A DNA stretch of 64,000 bases from a virus (Duplodnaviria > Caudoviricetes). The DNA lies in IMG/VR virus record IMGVR_UViG_3300050343_000159; one strand, 5' to 3'. Positions 27,472 to 38,960 of this stretch are shown here, piece after piece (within the stretch, counting starts at the first letter, position 1; the number at the start of each line of letters is the position of its first letter). Below the pieces are notes generated by a model that had not been told where the DNA came from, made no database searches, and was given only the letters and a program-made list of their open reading frames with translations. The translations under genes were made by a program, and so were the position numbers.

Positions 27472-28320
27472 ATGGCTCAACCTACTAATAGACAAGAATT
27501 AGTTGACTATTGTCTTAGACAACTTGGTGCTCCTGTATTGGAAGTCAACGTTGCCGAAGAACAAATTGACGATCTAGTTGATGATGCTATTCAATACTTT
27601 CAAGAAAGACACTTTGATGGTGTAGAGAAAGTATATCTGAAGTATCAGATCACACAAGACGATATTGATAGAGGAAAAGCAAGGCCAGGTGATTCATCGG
27701 TAGGAATTGCTTCTACTAGTGCAACTACTAGTATTGTTGGAACTGCTACAACATTTACATACTATGAGAATAGTAACTACCTACAAGTTCCTTCTAATAT
27801 TATTGGAGTCAATAAAGTATTCCAATTTAATTCCACCGCAGCTGGATCTGGAATCTTCAATGTTAAATATCAGTATATGTTGAGTGGTGTCAACCTATGG
27901 GGTGGTGCTGGATTCGACCTATTATCATATTCGATGACTATGAGTTATTTGGAGACAATGAACTTTCTCCTCAATACTCATAAACAGATTAGATTTAATC
28001 AAAGATCTGACAGGATGTATCTAGATGTTGACTGGAGCAACTTGCAAGTGGACGAGTTCTTGATTATTGAGTGTTACAGAGGACTTGATGGAGAAGATTA
28101 CTCAAGACTCTGGAATGATTCTTTCTTAAAACCATATCTAACTTCACTCATTAAGAGACAGTGGGGTATGAACCTAATCAAGTTCCAAGGTGTGAAGCTA
28201 CCCGGTGGTATTGAGTTCAATGGTAGACAAATTTATGATGATGCTGAAAAGGAATTACAAATAATTCGTGAGAGAATGACATTTAATTATGAACTTCCTC
28301 CTATGGATATGATTGGTTGA
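27472..28320 (+). CDS. g13: Neck protein gp13
   Basis: LRQLGAPVLEVNVAEEQIDDLVDDAIQYFQERHFDG and QGVKLPGGIEFNGRQIYDDA motifs. Confidence 0.9.
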   Translation: MAQPTNRQELVDYCLRQLGAPVLEVNVAEEQIDDLVDDAIQYFQERHFDGVEKVYLKYQITQDDIDRGKARPGDSSVGIASTSATTSIVGTATTFTYYENSNYLQVPSNIIGVNKVFQFNSTAAGSGIFNVKYQYMLSGVNLWGGAGFDLLSYSMTMSYLETMNFLLNTHKQIRFNQRSDRMYLDVDWSNLQVDEFLIIECYRGLDGEDYSRLWNDSFLKPYLTSLIKRQWGMNLIKFQGVKLPGGIEFNGRQIYDDAEKELQIIRERMTFNYELPPMDMIG

Positions 28321-28321
28321 T

Positions 28322-29749
28322 ATGGCACTTAATCCTTTCTTTTTAAACGGTACAAAGTCGGAACAAGGACTTGTACAAAGTCTTATCAACGAGCAGTTGA
28401 GGATGTATGGTATCGAGTGCTATTACTTGCCTCGTAAATATATAACAACTAATACAATAATTAAGGAAGTTATCGAATCTAAATTCGATTCTGCCTATCC
28501 TTTAGAAGCATATCTGGATTCTTATGAAGGATTTGGTGGTCAGGGAACACTTTTATCTAGATTTGGTATTGAAGATAAGGATGATTGCACTTTAATTATC
28601 TCTAGAGAGAGATATGAGAACTATATTTCCCCTTTAATTGAAAATTTACCCAATATTGGGTTATCTTCACGTCCAAAAGAAGGAGATTTGATCTATTTTC
28701 CTCTTGGAGACCGTATTTTTGAGATAAAATTCGTAGAACATGAGCAACCTTTCTATCAATTAAAGAAAAACTACGTCTATACACTTACTTGCGAACTATT
28801 CCGTTACGAAGATGAGGTTGTAGACACTGGAGTTAGTAAAATTGATGATAATTTGGTTGATTTTGGTTATATTCAGACTCTAAACATGATTGGAGCAGCT
28901 GTTACAGCTACTGCAACTGCTGGAATTTGTACTTTGGGTGCTGTAAATCTCATTAGTATGTCAAATATGGGTAAAAAATACTCATATAGACCAGAAATTG
29001 GAATATCTTCCTCACCAGGAACGACTACAGTTGGTATTGCATCTATCACAAATGAGTATATTCAGTGCGATGGTATGTATGGTGGTATGATTGAGGCTAT
29101 TGATCTAGTAAATGCTGGTTGTGGATACACTGTCAAACCTATGGTGAGTATCACTCCATCTGGAAATGATAATGGCAATAGCGCTACAGCAACTAGTGGT
29201 ATATCGACCAATGGTTCTATTCAGTTTGTAACCATTACAGGTGGTGGTTCAGGTTATACTACAAGTCCAAACTTTACTTTTGTTGTTGGTGGTGGAAATA
29301 CTACTGGTGTTAGTACTGGATTTGGTTATGGTGTCATCAATAACGCTGGTGTTGTCACCGCAGGTTATATTAGATATGGTGGTGAAAACTACAATCTTAC
29401 AGGAGTTACAACTATCACTAGTGTAACTATTGACAATCCTGTTGGACTTGGAGCTACTGTTGGCGTTGGGACTTATATCTTCAATGAAGTTGTTACTGGT
29501 GGAACATCAGGAACCACAGCTAGGGTTAACTCTTGGGACGGAACAAGTCTCGAACTTACTATCAAAGTTGTTGACGGAACATTCTCAGGAAATGAACTTG
29601 TTATCGGACAAGAGTCCGGTGCTTGTTATGCACTCAGATCACAGATTGTTGATGACTTAGTTACACCATTCGCAGACAATGATAATATTCAAACAGAATC
29701 AAATAAGATACTTGATTTCACTGATAGTAATCCTTTTGGGGATCCTTAA
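28322..29749 (+). CDS. g14: Neck protein gp14 with C-terminal Gly/Thr-rich extension
   Basis: MALNPFF start at 28322. Motifs RPKEGDLIYFP and EHEQPFYQL, and C-terminal LDFTDSNPFG. Confidence 0.9.
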   Translation: MALNPFFLNGTKSEQGLVQSLINEQLRMYGIECYYLPRKYITTNTIIKEVIESKFDSAYPLEAYLDSYEGFGGQGTLLSRFGIEDKDDCTLIISRERYENYISPLIENLPNIGLSSRPKEGDLIYFPLGDRIFEIKFVEHEQPFYQLKKNYVYTLTCELFRYEDEVVDTGVSKIDDNLVDFGYIQTLNMIGAAVTATATAGICTLGAVNLISMSNMGKKYSYRPEIGISSSPGTTTVGIASITNEYIQCDGMYGGMIEAIDLVNAGCGYTVKPMVSITPSGNDNGNSATATSGISTNGSIQFVTITGGGSGYTTSPNFTFVVGGGNTTGVSTGFGYGVINNAGVVTAGYIRYGGENYNLTGVTTITSVTIDNPVGLGATVGVGTYIFNEVVTGGTSGTTARVNSWDGTSLELTIKVVDGTFSGNELVIGQESGACYALRSQIVDDLVTPFADNDNIQTESNKILDFTDSNPFGDP

Positions 29750-29791
29750 ATATTATCTTGTTAAATAGTAGTATATCTAAACTATAGGACG

Positions 29792-30793
29792 ATGTTTGAG
29801 TATTTCTATAATGAGATTCTTAGATCCACAATTATTGGGTTTGGATCACTCTTCAACGGTATAGAAGTTCAACACCAGAACGACTCAGACCAAGCCGTGA
29901 GTGTGATTCAGGTTCCTATTGCTTATGGACCTACTCAAAAGTTTCTTGCTCGTATGCAACAAGAAGCTAATCTGAATCGTCCTACTCAGATTACTCTTCC
30001 TCGAATGTCATTTGAGTTTAAATCACTCACTTATGACCCTTCAAGGAAAACAACAAAGAATCAAACATTTGTAACTAGGACACCTGACGGTAGTGAGATT
30101 AAGAGAGTATATTCTCCTGTCCCATATAATATGGGATTTGAACTCTCTGTCTATACTAAACTGAACGATGATATGTTACAAATCGTCGAACAGATTCTTC
30201 CATACTTTCAACCACAATACAATCTCTCAATCAAGTTTCTTGGTAATTTGAATGAGATTAGGGATGTTCCCGTTGTCCTTGATAGTGTGAGTATGGATGA
30301 TGATTATGAGGGTAACTTTGAAACTCGAAGAGCTTTAGTATACACACTTCAATTCACAGCTAAGACCTATCTGTTTGGTCCTATTGCTGACGTTTCAGGA
30401 GACATTATCAGAAAGGTTACCGTTGGTTATCTTGCTGGTTCCAAGGGTGGTGGAGTTGCAACAAGAGACCTTACATATCAGGTCACACCAAGAGCTACTA
30501 AAGACTATGACAATAGTTTGATTAGTAACTTGGATGAGGATGTTGATATCTCACAAACAACTATCAAGATCACAAATCCTGGTGGTATCACTGAAAGTAC
30601 TTATGTTTATGTTGGTACTGAAGAGATGTTTGTTGAGAAGATTGTTGGTGACAACATGAGAGTTAAGAGAGGTCAGGATAATACCAAGGCTTCTATTCAT
30701 GTTCTTGGTACAGATGTTTATAGTATCACCAAGGAAGATAACAAGTTGATTGAATTCGGAGATGACTTCGGATTTAGTGGTAGTGTTTTTTGA
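29792..30793 (+). CDS. g15: Tail sheath stabiliser / tail terminator gp15
   Basis: VPIAYGPTQKFLAR, LPRMSFE and EQILPYFQP motifs. Confidence 0.9.
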   Translation: MFEYFYNEILRSTIIGFGSLFNGIEVQHQNDSDQAVSVIQVPIAYGPTQKFLARMQQEANLNRPTQITLPRMSFEFKSLTYDPSRKTTKNQTFVTRTPDGSEIKRVYSPVPYNMGFELSVYTKLNDDMLQIVEQILPYFQPQYNLSIKFLGNLNEIRDVPVVLDSVSMDDDYEGNFETRRALVYTLQFTAKTYLFGPIADVSGDIIRKVTVGYLAGSKGGGVATRDLTYQVTPRATKDYDNSLISNLDEDVDISQTTIKITNPGGITESTYVYVGTEEMFVEKIVGDNMRVKRGQDNTKASIHVLGTDVYSITKEDNKLIEFGDDFGFSGSVF

Positions 30794-30801
30794 GGTAACC
30801 C

Positions 30802-31209
30802 ATGACTAAGTATGAGAAACTTGATGAAGCTTTTGATGTTGAGCCAACAGAAGTAGAAGTAACGGAAAGGAAGATTGAAAAAATCAAATCCGGTTCAGAG
30901 GATATCAAGAGAGATTACGAATACACCAGGGGTAATCTCTATTCAATCATTGAGAAAGGGCAGGAAGCTATCGATGGTATCCTTGAACTGGCTCAAGAGA
31001 GTGAGATGCCTCGTGCGTATGAAGTCGCAGGTCAGTTGATTAAGAATGTGGCAGATGCCACAGATAAACTCCTAACACTCCAACAGAAGTTAAAAGATGT
31101 TCAGGAAGAGAAAGATACTAAAGGTCCAACCACTGTGAATAACGCATTGTTTGTTGGCTCTACAGCTGAGTTACAGAAACTCTTGAAGAACAACACACCA
31201 GATAAATAA
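30802..31209 (+). CDS. g16: Terminase small subunit gp16
   Basis: DYEYTRGNLY, PRAYEVAGQLIK and NNALFVGSTAELQKLL motifs; follows g15. Confidence 0.85.
   Translation: MTKYEKLDEAFDVEPTEVEVTERKIEKIKSGSEDIKRDYEYTRGNLYSIIEKGQEAIDGILELAQESEMPRAYEVAGQLIKNVADATDKLLTLQQKLKDVQEEKDTKGPTTVNNALFVGSTAELQKLLKNNTPDK
31201..31208 (+). promoter_or_regulatory. Late promoter GATAAATA
   Basis: Overlaps the g16 stop codon (GAT AAA TAA). Confidence 0.6.
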
Positions 31210-31225
31210 CTAAAAAGATAATAAA

Positions 31226-31558
31226 ATGGCTACCCCGTCAGTCAATATTGTTATACCACAAGCTTCTGATTTTAGTTTTACATATATCTCTAAAAATTCT
31301 GATGGAAGTCTGAAGAATTTGAATGGTTTCACTGGAGAGTCAAAGTTGAAGAAGCATTCAACTTCTTCAACATCCCATTCCTTTACTGTTGGTATTAATA
31401 CCATCACATCTGTGGTATCTCTTGCCATGACTTCTGGTGTATCTGTAAATGTCAAATCAGGAAGATATCTTTATGATGTAAGAATCACATCATCTGGTGG
31501 TTCTGTAGAAAGAATTCTTGAAGGAACGGCAGAAGTCACAGCAGGAATCACTACTTAA
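31226..31558 (+). CDS. Small beta-rich putative structural protein (110 aa)
   Basis: Clean ORF behind a late promoter. The GRYLYDVRITS...ERILEGTAEV motif is typical of small Ig/BppU-like phage proteins (my recognition only). Confidence 0.65.
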   Translation: MATPSVNIVIPQASDFSFTYISKNSDGSLKNLNGFTGESKLKKHSTSSTSHSFTVGINTITSVVSLAMTSGVSVNVKSGRYLYDVRITSSGGSVERILEGTAEVTAGITT

Positions 31559-31578
31559 TTTCATCAAGAAGTAGAGGA

Positions 31579-31586
31579 GATAAATA
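31579..31586 (+). promoter_or_regulatory. Late promoter GATAAATA
   Basis: Intergenic consensus upstream of the ATG at 31628. Confidence 0.6.
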
Positions 31587-31627
31587 GTATTTCAGGGAGA
31601 GAAATCCCAAAGTATTGCACTAATAGA

Positions 31628-34373
31628 ATGTCTAACGAAGACCTGCCGTCAATAAATGATATAGTAGAAGAGAGCAATTTGCCCTCTTACAAAGATTTTA
31701 TCGAAGTTAAACAGGAAGAGGAACTTCCTTCTGTTGAGGAATATATTGAAGAGAAAGTTGTAGATACTTTAGAAGAAGAAGATATTGAAACTGTTTTATC
31801 AGAAACTGCTCCAGAGTGGTCGGAATTAGTACGCCTTGTAAATGATGTAAGAAAGGATATACCGGAAATACCGGAGATTAAGTATTATGATGAACAACTA
31901 AAAGAATTAAGTGATAAATTATCACAAATTCAAGATTTAAATGAAGACAAATTAACTGAAATTGAATCAAAAATACCTGAACTCCCAGAGGTCAAGTATT
32001 ATGATGCAGATATTCAATTCATTTATGACAAAATTGGTCGTATAAAGGAAGAAATCAATTCTCTTCCAGAAGTAAAATATTACGAGAGTGATCTCAGTTC
32101 ATTAAAATCAAGAATTGAAGAAGTAAATCAAAGTATTCCTACATTTCCTGATTGGATTCAGGAAGTTCAGGAGGTTCCTGATTTCTCTTGGATTGGTAAA
32201 ACTTTTAGTATCATCGATGATGACTTTAATAAGGTTCAAGGACATCTTGATCTTATCAGAGAAAAGATTGACTATCAGGTTAGTGAACTCAATGAGACTA
32301 TTGGTAAGAAAGAATTTGAATTAAACATTGACATTAAGAATGTTGATAATAGTATCAATGATACAAATATCTATCTTAATGAGACTAAAGATAAAATTTA
32401 CAAAGAACTTAGAGATTCTTCCGTAAGAATTTGGGAGCATCACAAAGAGTTTAAGGATGATGATAGAAAATTAAAAAAATCTATCATAAGTGAGCAGAAT
32501 AAACTAAAACAATCTCTCCAAGAACAAATAAAGGAGATTGATAGTCAGAGTGTAAAGGCTGACGAAGCTCTTTTAAAGTTTTTCAATGATCTTAATGAAG
32601 AAGTAAAATCACTTCCTGAAGTTAAGTATTATGATACTGAAGTATCTAATATTGTAGAAGATATTGATTCTTTAAAGGTCAATATTGAAGATATTAGAAA
32701 TATTGTTTCTTTAATCAAAAAAGATCAAAAAGAATTAAAAGAACTAAAAGAAAATTATTTACTAAACGAACCACCAGACGAAAAAGAAAGTGTTGGTTCT
32801 GGTGTTGATCCACTCACTCCGATGGATCAAAAGTTTGCTACTTTGGATGATCTGTCTAATCACTATAGAATCTTCATCAGTCGCATTCAAACTCAACTTT
32901 CCACTATGGGTGGTGGTGGAGCAGGATTCATTAAGGATCTTGATGATGTAACATTTGATCAAACAACAGGAAATAATAAACTTTTAATTTACAACTCAGA
33001 AATATCTAAGTGGGTTGGAATTGGTAGTGATGAATTCAATGCTGTTGGTGCTGCTGGAACTTGGGGTGTCGATTCTGTAGGAATTCATACTACAAAGGTT
33101 GTTGGTATCAATACAACATCCGCAAAGTCTGATGTTGCTCTTTTTGTTTTTGGTGACATTGAGGCTACTGGAAATGTAACCGTTGGTGGAACTATCACAT
33201 ATGAAGATGTCAAAAATGTAGATTCCATCGGTATTGTTACTGCAAGAAGTGGAGTCAATGTTGGTACAAGTGAAGAAATAGTATTATCACCAAATGGTAG
33301 TGTACCTTACTTCTGAAGCACAAAGTCTTAATGGTGTTTTGGCACTTGGCAATACATCATCTCTTGGGATGAGTGTTGGTGTTGTTACTGCTGCAGCATT
33401 CTTTGGAGATGGTTCTGGATTAAGTAATATTATTAGTGGTGTCGGTATTCAATCTGGCGGCGTTCGTATTGGAACTGGATTTACTGATTTTAATTTTACC
33501 GGTGCTGGAATTTCCAGTATCGTTGGTGTAGGTGATACCATTACCATTGATATTCCCACTACCACAATTAGAAGACAGTTTGAAACTACATCGGGAGTAA
33601 CAACTAATTTTACCATCACTGATGGATATACATCTGGATTTATTGACGTATTTTTGAATGGTGTAAAACAAAGAAGTGGAACTGATTTTACTGCAACTTC
33701 AGGAACCACAGTCACCATGACACCAGCTGTTGTTGGTGGAGACGTATTAGAATTCCAAGTATATGAGACTACATCATTTGGGAGTTCTGGAGGTAGTGTA
33801 AATACAAGTGATGTAAGAGATGCGATTCAAGGTTATTATGGATATACCACTGACTACTATACTGTAGGAGTAGCAAATACCACTCAAGAAATTGGTGCGG
33901 GTGTTACTACAATGATTCAACCTAAGGTTGCTGCGGTATATCAATACATGCCTACGGTCATGTCTGGGGTTAACACTAACCCTTATGTTGGTACTGGTGC
34001 GACTATCGGTACTGGACAGACACAATTCTCTTTAGCAGGATTAAGTTCAGGTGCTTCTTGTATTGTGAGAACTGCACTTGCATTCAACCCTGATGATGAT
34101 AACTCTAACCTTGATGTTCAGTTGAAGTTCACTACTAATACTGCAACACAGGGAACTGGGTTAACTAACTTTACAATCAAAAAAGAACAGGCACTCATTA
34201 TGAACGAGGGTGCAGACCAGCAATATATAAGTGAGAATCTATTCTCATTCTTTGTTGGAACAACATTAGAAGGGTCCACACAATCAAACGCTGGTAGTTT
34301 CAATATTGAAGTTGTTCCATCATCTGATGGAGAACTTGAAGTCCTCGCAGTAACCGTTAACGTAGTAGCATAA
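31628..34373 (+). CDS. Acidic coiled-coil protein with PEVKYYD repeats, fused to fibre-like C-terminal modules (probable single gene with a frameshift near 33300)
   Basis: ORF 31628..33316 plus the overlapping ORF 33294..34373. Four PE(V/I)KYY(D/E) repeats, followed by fibre motifs GGTITYEDVKNVDSIG and FFGDGSGLSNI. Confidence 0.6.
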
Positions 34374-34374
34374 A

Positions 34375-37153
34375 ATGGCAAGAGCAGTAAAAATCTTTGG
34401 TGACGCATCACAAGGATCCCTTTTCTTTGAAGGAGTTTCAATTCCTCCTGCACCTTTGGGTGGTATTGTCGTAGCAATTGAAAATCCTAATCGTCCAGGA
34501 AAGATTCGAGTTACTAGAACGGATCAGTTCCAGAAAGATGGTGTTACTCCAAGGGTTCTTTTCAAAAGAATGCTTCCTAGTAGAGTTAGGAATAAACAGA
34601 ACCAGTCCCTTATTTCTGACCTTGGTTTAGTCTGGCACAGGTTATAAGTTACATCAATGACGAAGCAAACAGAAAAGCAAACGAGATTGACTTTCAAAAG
34701 AATGGTTCTGTAGTTGGTAGTGGTAACACAATAAACTTTACTGGAGCAGGAGTTTCTGCTGTCACTGTTAGTGGTGATGTTGCAACTGTAACTATTACTG
34801 GTGGAGGGGGATCTGGAAATCCTGTAGCCAGTGGTGCAATAGTTGGAGCAGGATCCACAACACTCAGACTTACTCTGATGACTCAACTAATGTTGATGTT
34901 GATGTAACTAATCTTGAGAAGTACAACAGCTATTGGTTCATCAACTTCTTACTTCTTCCTGAATAATGGTGCTCAACTTGCTAACAACCAACATGATAAG
35001 GGTGGTGGTGTAGTTTTCTATGGGACCAAAGTAAAGAGAGGAGAAGAACTTGTTTTTGGATTACCATCTGATAACCTTCACATTGGTATATGGGATGGTG
35101 GTAATGGAGTAACAGGTGTTACTAATGTAAATAATAAATCCAACTGGTCTACCAAGTGGGCGTATGACGTCTAGTAACACTAGATGGTCAGATCATAATG
35201 TTACTAGAGGACAAACAGGAACAGATCTATCATCTGATGTTGAGACAGATAGTAGCACCTTATAGTATCAAATTTGATTATGATACACAGAAACTACAAC
35301 TTTGGGAAGTTGATACTGCATATAGTTGGAAGTTATCAAGTGCTAATGTTGCAGTAGGAGCAACTGAAACTTATATCTACTTCTCAACTGAATCTGATAC
35401 TCAAGCAACACCACCAGGTTCTCTTCCAGGTATCTCAACTCTAAGAGCATCAGAGTGGACACTTGAATCTTTTGTCAATACTCAAGCTGGTCCTACTATT
35501 CATACTGGAGTACAAGATGATGACATCTGGAAATCTACCAGATCATTAAGACCTGGTATGAAGATGAAGCAACACTGAGTGGTGATATTAAACTTCATCA
35601 CTGGGGTGTAGGATATGGTGGTACAACTGGCATGGGTAATGGACCACAAAATCCATATGGTGATGCAACTGGTTCCTGGAGATCTTCAAATTCTCAGGAG
35701 ATTAGATCAGAGCAAAACTCTACTTTTAACAATAATTATACTGCTGCTGTTGATACAAGCACAAATCTTACCTTAGATTTAGAAGGAAGAAATATTTCTT
35801 GGAGATATAACTCAGACAATAGTTGGGACCTATTTGATGAGGATACTGACGAGGTAATCCTCACTGGTGATACCAATCTTGATGGTGGTGATATGTATCC
35901 ATATCTCTTTGGTGCATCAACCATTAATAACTACACAACAGAAGTTCCACAATGGGAATGGGAATGGAATGCTTCTCAGTGGTTTACTGAGTATCGTGAT
36001 TATAGTGGTGGTGGAACCACCTTCGTGGGTAAGGTTCCAATTGTGAAACCACTGAAGACATACACCAGCAGTGGATCTCTGTCTGGTGGTTACTACTATC
36101 TTAGTAATGCAAGGTATAGATATACTTGGGGTGAGAAGATGAGACCTGGACAAGAGTTCTCTTGGACTCAACTTACAGACAACTCTAATGGTGCTACCAA
36201 GAACAATATGGTTATTGGTGTTTTGAATAGTGACTCTGATGATTTCACACATGGTGTCAGATTCCACCAATTTGGTTATCCAAAAGTACAGTCAGATCAA
36301 GATAGTGGATTTACACTCTCTGCTGGTATTGGTACTGATACTGCATGTGCTGGTACAAGTATGAGATTGAAGTATGAGTATGGAACTAATAAACTTGTAT
36401 GTGAAAGAGTTACTGCTGGTGTAAGAACTAAAATTGGTGAATCCTCATCCGCACTTGATGGTAATCCAATCTTCATTAGTCTTGGTGGAGAATCAACTAG
36501 AGTTCCTACCACACAGGGAGTTTCTGTATATGGTTGGGAGATGTGTTCATAAAGGAGTTGGACACTATAATCCTTGGAACAACTGGAGAATTGGTGGATT
36601 CCCTGAGAACCAAAGTAGTCTTGCTGTTGGTATTCATAGCACTGGTGGAGTTCTTTCATATAAGGCAGACCAGGTATGGAGACATAAGGATGGTCTAGCA
36701 CCAGGATATAAGATGCACTGGTTGCTGCCTACCACTCAAATCAATGGTCAGATTGGTCAGTGGTCATCTTCTAATGCATCTTCTGGTCTCACTAATGTAG
36801 AGAACCTTGATACCTATTGGGATTGGAGTTGGCAATCAAACACTAGTGAAGAGATTGATGCACTGAAAGGATTTACTTTCAACACTAGTAACTCTAACTA
36901 CTCTTCTACTAAGTGGACAGACCCAAGTCCTGGTAACACTAAGTTCTCTATCAGATACCACTCTAATAATAGTATTGATATCTTTGATGAATCAAATAGT
37001 GCTATCATTGCAACTAAGGATGCTGCTGGCGACGGTAACCCCATCTATATCAGTTGGGTAGCAGGTGGTAATACTAATAGTCAAGCACAAATGCAAGATG
37101 ATTTCTTCGGTGGTGGAGATGTCGGTATTGCACTTACATCAGCATCAGTATAA
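34375..37153 (+). CDS. Putative receptor-binding/adhesin protein with four repeated beta domains (frameshifted)
   Basis: ORF pieces 34375..34647, 34914..35174, 35198..35578, 35632..36552 and 36434..37153 join into one Trp/Gly/Thr-rich protein ending GDVGIALTSASV. Confidence 0.6.
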
Positions 37154-37159
37154 TAAATA
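37152..37159 (+). promoter_or_regulatory. Late promoter AATAAATA
   Basis: Overlaps the upstream stop codon, 13 nt before the ATG at 37173. Confidence 0.6.
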
Positions 37160-37172
37160 ACTATAAAATACC

Positions 37173-38960
37173 ATGAGTAGGACAAGAGACACTGCGAATA
37201 TTGCTTCGTCTGAAGGGAGATTTACCGGCAGTATTGTCGGTGTCGCTGCTACTTTTAGTGGAAATGTCAGTGTTGGTGGAACACTAACTTCTGATGATGT
37301 AAAGAACATAGATTCAATTGGTCTTAGTACTTTTAGAAGTGGAATTGAAGTTAAACCTGGAACTGCGACTACAGCACTTTTAGTTCAGGGTGATGCTAGA
37401 ATTGTTGGTATTCTAACAGTTGGTACTGCTTCTGTTACGATTGATGGTGAAAATGAAACAATCGGTGTTGGTATTGTTACCATCTCCAATTCTACTATTG
37501 AGATTGGTCCAAATGTTACCATTAACTCTGGTGCAACTGGTATCAACTCAGCACCTAATGTATTCTATGTTGCTAAAGATGGTATTGATACCAACAACGG
37601 AACATCAATTGATAATGCAAAGTTGACTATTGCAAGTGCTGTTTCTGTAGCACAATCAGGTTCAGTCATCAAAGTATTGTCTGGAAACTATGTTGAAAGT
37701 AATCCTATTACACTTCCAGCGTTTGTTGCTGTTGTTGGTGATGACCAAAGAACTGTAAAGGTTCTTCCAAGCAATACCACACAAGATCTGTTCCATGTCA
37801 ATAAAGGATGTAAGTTAGCTAACATGACCTTCTCCGGTCATCTGGCTCCTTCATCTGCAGTTGCATTCCCAACAGCTGGTGCTACTAATGTTGGTGGTGG
37901 TAAGTGGAAAGGTCCATACATCCAGAACTGTACTAGTGACACCACTACTGGAACTGGTATCTTAATTGACGGAGATAAGGCAGTCAAAACTAAATCGATG
38001 AATGTTGATGCATTCACTCAGTACAATCAAGGAGGAGTTGGAGTTGCTGTTACTAATGAAGGATATGCTCAGTTAGTTTCTGTATTCACAATTTGTTGTG
38101 ATAAAGCAATAACTGTCCATAAAGGTGGTCAAGCTGATGTTGCTAATAGTAATTGTAGTTTTGGAACATTTGGATTAGTTGCTGATGGGGTAAGTCCTCA
38201 ACAGTATACTGGTGTTGTAACAAGTTCTGGAGCAGTTGGTCAAGATAATATTGTGATCAACATTGGTGCTGCCACAACCAGGCCATATGACGGTCAAGTT
38301 GTTTATTTTGATCAACTCTATAAGTCTATAGAATCAATTACAATCACGAATGGTGGAAGTGGATATACATCTACTCCATCGGTTACGATCGCATCCCCCA
38401 CAGGTCCAAATGGAGAGGTAGCTACATCGTTTGTTACTCTAGAAGATGGTGTGGTTACTGAGATTACCATCATCAGTAGTGGAAGTCAATATACATCCAC
38501 TCCAGTTGTTACCATCTCTGCTCCAGATTCAGGTACAACCGCCACTGCAACAGCTGTTATGGCAGATACCTATTACACGATAAATAGCTCGACTCCTATC
38601 ACCGCTGGTATAACTACATTAACACTTGCTGAAAATCTACTCAACACAGTGGGGGTAGCATCTACGGCATACTTCTTCCAACAAAGTAAAATCATCGCTA
38701 GTTCTCATACCTTTGAGTATATCGGTTCTGGTAATGATATTACTACAGCAACACCTAAAAGAGGTGGAGTTACAATCCAAGCAAACGAAGTTGTATCTAC
38801 AAATGGTGGAAGTGTAATTTATACTAGTACTGACCAATCTGGCAATTTCAGAATTGGCGATGACTTCCAAATCAATCAGGCAACTGGAACAGTTAGTGGT
38901 AGAGCATTCTCCAAAAGTCTGTTCTCAGAAATGACCCCTTTCATTCTAGCACTTAGTTAA
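37173..38960 (+). CDS. Tail-fibre-like structural protein with pectate-lyase-like (beta-helix) domain
   Basis: FYVAKDGIDTNNGTSIDNAKLTIASAV...IKVLSGNYVE...VVGDDQRTV is the usual beta-helix cap motif. Also TNGGSGYTSTP repeats and a C-terminal STDQSGNFRIG motif. Confidence 0.7.
   Translation: MSRTRDTANIASSEGRFTGSIVGVAATFSGNVSVGGTLTSDDVKNIDSIGLSTFRSGIEVKPGTATTALLVQGDARIVGILTVGTASVTIDGENETIGVGIVTISNSTIEIGPNVTINSGATGINSAPNVFYVAKDGIDTNNGTSIDNAKLTIASAVSVAQSGSVIKVLSGNYVESNPITLPAFVAVVGDDQRTVKVLPSNTTQDLFHVNKGCKLANMTFSGHLAPSSAVAFPTAGATNVGGGKWKGPYIQNCTSDTTTGTGILIDGDKAVKTKSMNVDAFTQYNQGGVGVAVTNEGYAQLVSVFTICCDKAITVHKGGQADVANSNCSFGTFGLVADGVSPQQYTGVVTSSGAVGQDNIVINIGAATTRPYDGQVVYFDQLYKSIESITITNGGSGYTSTPSVTIASPTGPNGEVATSFVTLEDGVVTEITIISSGSQYTSTPVVTISAPDSGTTATATAVMADTYYTINSSTPITAGITTLTLAENLLNTVGVASTAYFFQQSKIIASSHTFEYIGSGNDITTATPKRGGVTIQANEVVSTNGGSVIYTSTDQSGNFRIGDDFQINQATGTVSGRAFSKSLFSEMTPFILALS

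Noticed and set aside
31628-32800. PEVKYYD DNA repeats as a CRISPR-like or DGR template/variable array
   Set aside because: The copies are in-frame, degenerate at third positions and irregularly spaced. I saw no cas gene, reverse transcriptase or A-specific mismatch pattern.
33280-33320. Programmed ribosomal frameshift at the 33294/33316 overlap
   Set aside because: No X XXY YYZ slippery site or clear downstream structure, and the neighbourhood has several other indels.
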